This document shows, in pieces, positions 55,325-64,000 of a stretch of 64,000 nucleotides of DNA. Position 1 is the stretch's first letter. The number at the start of each line of letters is the position of its first letter. Source of the stretch: Eledone cirrhosa (lineage: Eukaryota); assembly GCA_964016885.1 (NCBI GenBank), contig OZ024745.1, positions 19,778,001-19,842,000 on the forward strand. Direction: 5' to 3'. Both the position numbers and the translations under genes were made by a program. The notes beneath the pieces were generated by a model. The model was not told the DNA's origin. It searched no databases and was given only the letters and a program-made list of their open reading frames with translations.

Positions 55325-55328
<4 letters not shown>
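54683..55328 (+). mobile_element. Long inverted-repeat element (family B), Penelope-like inverted end structure
   Basis: Near-perfect arms of about 235 bp (54683-54921 and 54988-55226), a 66-bp spacer and an unpaired tail of about 100 bp, with (TA)n on both flanks. Confidence 0.8.
55059..55141 (+). ncRNA. Putative hammerhead ribozyme (family B), mirrored on the minus strand at 54763-54845
   Basis: tgctct-CTGATGA-a cttcac [36 nt] gtgaag c-GAAA-ccgatcgg-TA-aaagca. Stem III is palindromic. Confidence 0.7.
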
Positions 55329-55369
<41 letters not shown>

Positions 55370-55508
55370 CGGTACTCAGTAACAGAGAAGACCCGCCTTA
55401 CCTAAATACATAGTAAAACCTACTACAGCCAGTAGGCATCTCTAACAAAATACCCCCCCCCCCCCCCCCCCCGTCCCACCACCCCCACCCCATCCACGCC
55501 ACCCCGTC

Positions 55509-55804
55509 CTATGTAAAGTTGTGTTGGTGCCACACCATCCAGGCCGAAACAAATGAGATCGTGTAGGTGTCACGACAAAAAAACACACAGTCCACGCTGT
55601 AATGTGGCCGTGTAGGCAACACGGTAAAAACCTCCCAGACCCACACTGTAAATGTGGTTGGTGTTAGGAAGGGCATCCAACTGTAGAAAACCTGCCAGAC
55701 AGTCCTATGCGAGCAAGACAATCACTCTTGCCTCAAGTGGGACTACCCCTGTCCAAACCCATGCAAGCGTGGAACACGGACGTTAAACGTTGATGATGAT
55801 GATG

Positions 55805-55806
<2 letters not shown>
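55509..55806 (+). mobile_element. 3' fragment of an RTE-tailed retroelement
   Basis: 48-bp subrepeats, GTTAGGAAGGGCATCCA and CCCATGCAAGCGTGGAA..GGACGTTAAACG(TGA)n. Homologous to 61480-61780. Confidence 0.8.
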
Positions 55807-55845
<39 letters not shown>

Positions 55846-55848
<3 letters not shown>

Positions 55849-56190
55849 CAAAGAGGTGTGGTAAGGAACCAGATGGACCATAACGCACCAGAGTACTCAA
55901 TACTTAGAGTAGTAGAGTGGGAAATAGGAAAATGTTTAACCCTGACAGCAGAGCTAAAGCCGTTTCGACGGCTATTTCTGGACTAAATTAGAATTTTTAG
56001 TGTGGTAATAAATAGCGGAACTTTTCAAAGGGTAATTCCTTATATGGGAAGATTGTAGTTGTCAAAATCTTTCATGGAAGTGGGTGGGTGGCTGAACTTG
56101 TCCGTAGAACAATGAGGGAGTGGGTGAAACCGGTCAAGCGTTGAAAGTGAATTTTATACAGCAAATTCTAAGGAGTGTGTATGAAATATA
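55846..56190 (-). mobile_element. Family E element, longest copy
   Basis: The first about 140 bp match 37987-38110 and the reverse complement of 43405-43543. Starts at (TA)n; the right boundary is uncertain. Confidence 0.75.
55939..56033 (-). ncRNA. Putative hammerhead ribozyme, U3-A8 variant (family E)
   Basis: accct-TTGAAAA-g ttcc gctattt [loop] aaatagc cgt c-GAAA-cggc tttagctct gctg-TC-agggt. GUC cleavage triplet. Confidence 0.62.
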
Positions 56191-56591
56191 TATATACATA
56201 TAGTATAAAGTAATTCATTTTCAAATATGAAAACAGATAATTGTCGGTGAAGAAGTTACAAAGCTCTAAAATATGAGATTTATTACAATAAAATATATAT
56301 AAGGCTACATACAATTTCATAGAAAGGTATGGAATCTTAATATGAACGATTATGAATTCATGTAGAACAAGAAATACTTAGAAAATTTAAACCAAACACT
56401 ACTAACTATATCATATTTTAATTTACACATGTTTCATCCTTACCTCAGAATTAAACAAGATGTAACTAACTTAACCAGAACATTTTGTCCAAAAATATAT
56501 CGTACTAGAGCATTGTTTATGTTTTAAAAAAATGCAGCATCATACTAGGAAATAGTACTTACCATGAGAATCAGAACTATGATTATTCACA

Positions 56592-56677
56592 TGGGCCCTC
56601 AAACGAATAGACACACATTATAAGAATATTATGATTATAATATTCATATAATGTGTGTCTATTCGTTTGAGGGCCCA
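56592..56677. repeat. 86-bp near-perfect palindrome
   Basis: TGGGCCCTCAAACGAATAGACACACATTATA ... TATAATGTGTGTCTATTCGTTTGAGGGCCCA. Confidence 0.9.
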
Positions 56678-57020
56678 ACGACCTTATTTACATACACACA
56701 TCAGCATATCAATACAGGAGTTGTGTCCATAAAATCCATAGAGGACCTTGAGCCAATCCTCTGTGAAACACGTGTAACAAGTCAATGCACAATAAAAACA
56801 TAAATACATGTAAATGAAACTCCATCGTTTTTCTTATTATATATATATATATATATATATTATTATATATATATATATATATATATTATTATATATATAT
56901 ATATATATATATTATTATATATATATATATATATATATTATTATATATATATATATATATATATTATTATATATATATATATACATATATTATTATATTA
57001 TCACACAGGCATCATATAAC

Positions 57021-57505
57021 CGTACGAAAGGCCAGTTATATGATGCCTGTGTGAGATGCGCGATGCTGCATGGTAGTGAGACATGGGCAGCAGCTGCAGA
57101 GGATATGCGACGGCTGCAGAGAAATGAAGCAAGCATGCTCCATTGGATGTGCAATGTCAATGTGCGTGAACGACCAGGCATATATGAGTTGAGAGAGAAA
57201 CTGTGTATAAGAGGGATAAGTTGTAATGTGCGGGAGAGGAGACTGCGATGGTATGGACATGTGATGCGCATGGAGGATGACTGCTGGGTAAGGAAGTGCC
57301 AAGAAATGCCAGTTGAAGGAAGACGAGGTAGAGGAAGACCACAAAAAACATGGGCGGAGGTGGTGAGAGCAGACCTCAGATCGCTGAAACTCACCGAGGA
57401 GATGACAAAGGACCGTGACAAGTGGAGAGATGCTATGCTGAATAGGACCTGTCCCACCCTTGCAAGCAGGGAAAAGCGGATGTAAAATGATGATGATGAT
57501 GATGA
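57021..57505 (+). mobile_element. RTE LINE 3' fragment, same family as the 44.5-kb copy
   Basis: RTKGQLYDACVRCAMLHGSETW...RRLRWYGHV...PTLASREKR followed by (GAT)n. Confidence 0.95.
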
Positions 57506-57567
57506 TAATGATATTTATATATATATCCTCATCACCATTTAATGTCCATTTTTCCATGCTAGCATGG

Positions 57568-57638
<71 letters not shown>

Positions 57639-57734
57639 ATCAGCATGGATTCAGTTTGAAACTGGTTAGACCATTATTCAAAATAGTACTTGATACTTGG
57701 GGTTGTAGAGTATGGCTATATTATAAAGAGTTGA

Positions 57735-57747
57735 AGAGAGAGGGAGG

Positions 57748-57821
<74 letters not shown>
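57735..57821. repeat. (GA)n microsatellite
   Basis: Visible. Confidence 0.95.
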
Positions 57822-57825
<4 letters not shown>

Positions 57826-58050
57826 TTTATACAAACATAAAATATAATAGAGAGAAGAATTCAGACATAAAAAAAAAGATAAAAGAATAAATTGATTTGC
57901 AAAGTATATACTCAAATGAATTTCTTAATGTATATATGTATTCTTATGTGGGAAATTATTGTAAACCAAAGAAAGAAAGTTACTCATAATGTCACAGAAA
58001 TTTAATGTTGCATCGTAATTAAAGATGTTATGTGGACTATAAAGAAATAC

Positions 58051-59750
58051 ATTTCTACAGCTCGATGCCCTTCCTAACACCAACCTCATTTACAGTGAGT
58101 GCTGGGTGCTTTTTTTCCGTGGCGCCTACACGTCCACTTTACAGTGTGGGCTGGGTGCTTTTTTGCCGTGGTACCTCCACGACCACTTTGCAGTGGGAGG
58201 GTGTGGGGGCATATTGTCTATATGCTTCAGCTTTGGCTTGTACCCGTGGGGGATTGGGTCTTCTGTATTATTGTGTGACGCCAAAGGTCACGGTTGTGTG
58301 TCATCACCTTTGAGAGATGTAATTGGATAAGGTCGGCTTTTATCACCTCATCCCAGGTCTTCTTGGGTCTCCCCACTCCGCGGTTTCCATCGCCTTCTAC
58401 TGCTCTGCACCTTTTTATGCAGCTGTCATCCTTCATACGCATCACATGTCCATACCAATGCAACCGCCTCCCCTGCACACAGCATTTGATTCCTCTTATG
58501 CTCAGTCTCTCTCTTAATTCATTTATGCTTTGTTATTTGCATATATTACTATTACACATCCATCGGAGCATGCAGGCTTCGTTTCTTTCTAATCTACGCA
58601 AGTCTTCCACAGACAGCGCCCAGGTCTCATTACCATGTAACATTGCTGTTCGTGTACACGCATCATACAGTCTGCCTTTCATTTTGAGGGAAAAGCTTTT
58701 TGCAGCTAGCAGTGGCAGTAGCTACCTGAACTTCTTCCATCCCGTTCTTACCCTAGTTATTGTACTTTCCGAACACCTACCTCTGCTGCTAATTCGGTCA
58801 CCTAGGTTGCAGAAGCTGTCTACTGTTTTTACAGAGCCGTCCCAGAGTTTGGGGGTATTTGTTTCCTGTGGATGTTTGCTGCTTGCTGTCCCAGCACAGC
58901 TGCTACATGTGAAGCCTACATTCTTAGTTAAGCTTCCTGAGATCCTGCTATATCTCTTGTGTACCCATTGTTTGCATTTGGGGCAGAGAATGGAGTTCCT
59001 ACCTATACCTTTCCTACATACTGAGCAAGATCATTTCCCTGAGAGGATCTGGGTTCTGTTTTCTCGTCTACTTACAAGGACCTTAGTCTTTGTCAGGTTG
59101 ACTTTGAGACCCTTTCTTTCTAGTCCCTGCTTCCAAGTTTGGAATTTCTTCTCTAGTTCTACCATAGATTCAGCTATAAGTGCGAGGTCATCTGCATACA
59201 GGAGTTCCCATGGGCATCCGGTCTTAAACTCCTCCGTTAATGCCTGCAGAACTATGATGAACAGGAGAGGGCTAAGAACAGAGCCCTGGTGGACACCGAC
59301 CTGTACGCTAAATTCCTCGCTATACTCATTGCTAATCCTAACTTTGCTGACTGCTCCCCTATACATGGCTTGTACAGCTTTCACAAGCCATTCATCTACT
59401 CCTAGTTTTCTAAAAGCCCACCAGATTATAGCACGGGGAACACTGTCAAAGGCTTTCTCGTGATTGACGAATGCCAATTAGAGCAGCTTACTTTTAGCTG
59501 GGTACTTTTCCTGTAACTGCTTTACAAGGAAGAGGGTATCAGTGGTGCTTCTTCCTGCCACAAACCCAAATTGCATCTCATCTAGTTTCACCCGGTCCCT
59601 AATCAACTGTGCTATAACTCTTTCTGTTACTTTCATGACCTGGTCCATCAGCTTTATACCGCTATAGTTTCCTCTATCAGGTGCATCACCTTTACCTTTG
59701 TAGCAGTTGATAATGATGCTACTGCACCAATCCTTTGGTATGACACCTTC
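58051..59750 (-). mobile_element. RTE-clade LINE, second subfamily, 5'-truncated RT pseudogene
   Basis: QFGFVAGRSTTD, AFVNHEKAFDSVPR, VGVHQGSVLSPLLF, LLYADDLAL and RRLHWYGHV, with in-frame stops. The 3' region carries 48-bp subrepeats and GTTAGGAAGGGCATC. Confidence 0.95.
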
Positions 59751-59805
59751 TATATATACATTAATATATTAATTATTATATACATATGTAAGCTATTCTG
59801 CTTAT

Positions 59806-60460
59806 GTATACATTGATATATACACATGTATACATTCATATATACACATATATACACATGTATACATTGATATATACACATGTATACATTCATATATAAA
59901 CATGTATACACATATATACACATGTATACATTGATATATACACATGTATACACATATATACACATGTATACATTAATATATACACATATATACACATATA
60001 TACACATATATACATTGATATATACACATGTATACACATATATACACATGTATACATTGATATATACACATGTATACACTAATATATACACATATATACA
60101 TTCATATATGCACATGTATACACATATATACACATGTATACATTCATACATACACATGTATACATTGATATATATACATATGTATACATTCATATATACA
60201 CATGTATACACATATATACACATGTATACATACACATGTATACACATGTATACATTGATATATACACATGTATACATTCATATATACACATGTATACATT
60301 CATATATACATATGCATATACATATATACACATGTATACATTCATATATACACATGTATACATTCATATATACACATGTATACATTCATATATACACATG
60401 TATACACATATATACAGATGTATACACCATATATACTCATGTATACAAACATATATGTAT
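59806..60460. repeat. AT-rich minisatellite of about 22 bp (TATACACATGTATACATTCATA)
   Basis: Visible tandem motif containing ACATGT palindromes. Confidence 0.88.
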
Positions 60461-61052
60461 TCCTATATCATCATCATCACCATTTTACGTCCATTCTTCC
60501 ATGCTAGCATGGGATATTCATATATACACATATATCTATATCTATATATACATTCATCTATACACATGTAAGTTATTCTGTGTGTATATAATATTAATAT
60601 GAGGTTCTTCACACAATATATGGTACAGCAACATCATACCACTCTCTCTTCTACTCAATGCTTACAGAGTATATCTTTACGGAATACGATAGTGAGGTGG
60701 CAAAAATTGAACAAATTCTTCAGGGCAATCAACAATAGTTCAATATGATAATTAAATCACCCAATAACGACTTCAACGATATTGATATATCCCACAAATT
60801 AATTATGGTCATCAACAAAAATACATGCAGCTAACGTTAGACAATTGATAATTGGGTTAGTCAGTAAAAGCAACCAAAAAATGCTAATAATTACCGAAAC
60901 TAGCGCTAGTTTCTAGATTGATGCCTACATACATATGAATGTACACATCAAATACCAAGTCTTTATAAGTGGCTTATGTAGCAACTGTGGAGGCCATGGC
61001 TGTTATTTCTTTCTCCTGGCAAGACTTTTAGAAAAAATCTTTGTATACATGC

Positions 61053-61132
61053 AATACATAGCAGAGTAAAAAAGTTTAATATAGAAACGGCTTATACAGG
61101 ACTAGAACTGTTTCATTCGAAGAAAATCCTCA
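61053..61132 (-). mobile_element. Half copy of hammerhead element family A
   Basis: TTTAATATAGAAACGGCTTATACAGGACTAGAACTGTTTCATTCG matches the family A arm. Confidence 0.75.
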
Positions 61133-61150
61133 TTATATATATATATATAA

Positions 61151-61300
61151 TTGGCAGAGTCATTAGAACTTTGGATAGAATGCTTTGTGGTATTTGTTTC
61201 GGCCCTCTGCTCTCTGAGTTCAAATCCCACCGAGGTCAACTTTCCCGTTCATCCATTCCAGGTTGATAAAAAAAGGTACCAGTCAAATACTGGGGTCGAT
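61151..61300 (+). mobile_element. tRNA-derived SINE related to family 2, older
   Basis: TTGGCAGAGTCATTAG A box, GAGTTCAAATCCCACCGAGGTCAACTTT, and GATAAA...GTACCAGT. Confidence 0.85.
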
Positions 61301-61479
61301 TTTTCCTCTGTGTCTTTCTCACTTCCATTCTCTCACTCTGTCCTTCTCTGAAAGAAATCTGCTGTACTCAGACCTGGAGAGGAGATGGACTCTGCCAGGT
61401 TTAAAAATGCCCTAGAAACAGCACCCCTATAACTCCCTCAGGAATCACAGTACACCCATCCACCCAACCATCCATCTAT

Positions 61480-61780
61480 ATCATCATCATCATCATCATT
61501 TAATCTCTATCTTCCACACTAGCATGGGTTATACGGGAGTTGTCCCACTTGAGGTAAGAAGGTCGGGTGACCGTGTCTCGCTCGTATAGGACTATCTGGC
61601 AGGTTTTCTACGACTGGATGCCCTTCCTAACACTAACCACATTTACAGTGTGGACTGGGAACTTTTTGCCGTGTTACCTACACAACCACATTACAGCGTG
61701 GACTATGTGTTTTTTTTGTCGTGACACCTACACGATCTCATTAGTTTGGACTGGATGTTGTGGTACCAACATAACTTTAT
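61480..61780 (-). mobile_element. 3' fragment of an RTE-tailed retroelement
   Basis: Reverse-complement homologue of 55509-55806 with a (CAT)n tail. Confidence 0.8.
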
Positions 61781-61844
61781 AGTGTATATATATCCTTTTG
61801 TATGTATAATATTCCATTTATTCCTCTTTATCCATGAAATTTCA

Positions 61845-63889
61845 GTGGTCCGACTTGCTAGGAAAGAACGTCGGAACGCTGAACGGGAATATAAACTGCA
61901 TAAATCAGATGCCAACAGAAAAAAGCGGAATAAATCTTCCAACCATCTCAAGCAAGTGACAAAAAAGGCAGTGCTTGAATTTGAACAGTGCATAGCAACC
62001 AATCCTGACAGTAAGGTGTTCTGGAAATATGTTCATTCAAAGCAGAGACCTCACTCTCCAGTTGGTCCTCTTCGCAATCCCCACACAAGCCAGATCACTG
62101 ATGATCCCAAAGAATGCGCAGAACTCATTGCTGAGTGCTATGCAAATATTTTTACTGTTGAAAACCAGAATGTACCATCTCCACCATCAAATTCCATAAC
62201 AACTATGGAATTTACGCCTGCAATGTTGCGACATCACCTTAAGAATAAGCGCAACTTTGCCTCCCCTGGTCTTGATGGTGTTACATACCTGCTTCTCAAA
62301 CTTGGCGGGTACTTACTTTTGCACCACCTTTTTTCTTCTTTCAATACTGTCTCAACAATGGTGCTACTCCGGAGCAGTGGAAAACTGCCAGTGTCATTCT
62401 TCTGTTCAAAAAGGGCGACAGCACGTCACCTGTCAACTATCGTCCAGTCAGTCTTACTAGCTGTATTGCCAAACTGATGGAATCCTGTGTCAGAGAAACA
62501 CTTTGGAACTTCTGGAGCTCTCACAGCCTCATCCGGCCCTCGCAGTTTGGATTTATCCCTAACTCCAGCTGTTGTGATCAGCTTATCGAGTTCCTTGAAG
62601 ACATTACCCGGATCACTGACAGCGGCTCATGGATGGATGTTGTTTACCTTGACTTTGCTAAGGCTTTTAATTCTGTGCCACACAAAAGACTTATGGCAAA
62701 ACTCTCTGCAATGGGTGTGAGGGATGATCTTTTTAACTGGTTGAAATCCTTCATTCTCAGCCGAAAAGAGGTAGTCACAGTTGTAGGACAGCATTCTTCA
62801 CCAAATGAGATGTCATCTGGTGTACCACAGGGATCTGTTCTTGGTCCCCTTTTGTTTGTGGCATATATTAATGACATAGATGCCAACTTAAAGAATGTCA
62901 CAGTATGAAATATGCAGATGACATCAAGCTGTACCTTGAAATCAAAAGGACTGATCCTGAAATCTACAACTCTTTCCTACAATCAGACCTGGACACAATG
63001 CAGCAATGGATCACAGACTGGCAACTGAAGCTGGCTGTGGACAAGTGTACCACCATGCATTTTGGGAGGAAAAATCCAGCGTCCACATACTCCCTCCACA
63101 ACACTGAGATCAAGAAGTCCTCTTGTGAACGTGACCTGGGCATTACTGTCAGCAGCGATTTGCGTTGGACAAAGCATGTCTCTAAGATTGTCAAGAAGGC
63201 CGAGGGTGTCTTGGCATCACTCAGCAAGACCTTTGTTAGCTGCTCTCCAGTCATCTATTTAAAGCTGTATACAGCTATGGTATGACACACTTGGAATTCG
63301 CATCATCAGTCTGGAACCCCTATCTTGCTCAGAACATTGACCTCCTAGAAACTGTTCAGAGATGTGCAACCAAGCGCATACCCTCCATCAGACACCTACC
63401 ATACTCTGAACGCCTTGCTTCCCTGGGCATGGATTCATTGAAGCTCCAACGTCTGGCGATGGACTTGGTAAACACCCACAAAGTTATTAGCCATCTCGCC
63501 AACAACAACCCTGAGCACTTTTTGATCTCCATGTGTCTAACACACGTGGACATGCCTACAAAATCAGAAAACAGCACAGCTCCCATGACTTTCGTAAACA
63601 TTTTTTCACGCTCAGAGTTGCTGAAGCATGGAACAAACTCCCTGCATCAGTTGTTAGCTGCCGAGGCACTGCATCCTTTAAAACCCTCATGCTTCCCGAA
63701 ATTCGCCAAAACTACACCTGATGTACCCCTTCCATACACATGCATACATGTGTATATCATGACTCATGCACTGTTCATTTTACTGACGTTTGTACATTAC
63801 CCTATGTAATATACATACACTTTTTGATGAGTTGTAGTGCACCTGAGCACTGTACACAATATTTCATTATTATTATTATTATTATTATT
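61845..63889 (+). mobile_element. CR1-clade LINE ORF2 (RT) pseudogene, 5'-truncated
   Basis: NYRP(V)SL, QFGF, DVVYLDFAKAFNSVPH, SGVPQGSVLGPLLF, YADDIKLY, HLEFASSVWNPY, RGHAYKI and FFTLRVAEAWNKLP. About four frameshifts; (ATT)n tail. Confidence 0.95.
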
Positions 63890-64000
63890 TTATAAAGATG
63901 AATGACAAACTGAGAGATTTGTTTAAGTACGAAAACACAGCGACATCAATGCCACAACAGAAACAACATCATACTTAACTAAAAACTTAGAGTTGAAAGA

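Noticed and set aside
58294-59463. 389-aa plus-strand ORF (also 44473-45150)
   Set aside because: It is the antisense shadow of RTE coding sequence.

Overview
AT-rich eukaryotic DNA made almost entirely of repeats, with no protein-coding gene I can support. The repeat content (RTE and CR1 LINEs, tRNA-derived SINEs, (TA)n tracts) suggests a mollusc, probably an octopus; this is inference. The window holds about 28 kb of minisatellite arrays (21, 23/24, 48, 39, 49, 78, 34 and 55 bp units), decayed RTE and CR1 LINEs, a mariner transposase remnant with five derived MITEs, hAT-like and piggyBac-like MITEs, and two SINE families. The long ORFs in the track are repeat artefacts or LINE fragments. 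Three signals stand out. (1) Between 26 and 61 kb, at least five unrelated families of short, often palindromic elements sit next to (TA)n tracts and carry type I hammerhead-ribozyme motifs, some with stem covariation or the U3-A8 core variant; they resemble Penelope-like or retrozyme elements. (2) Several minisatellite arrays appear to have expanded inside SINE or LINE sequence, including tRNA-derived heads. (3) Two RTE insertions have fold-back inverted duplications at their 5' truncation points. All structures were read by eye and need computational or experimental confirmation.
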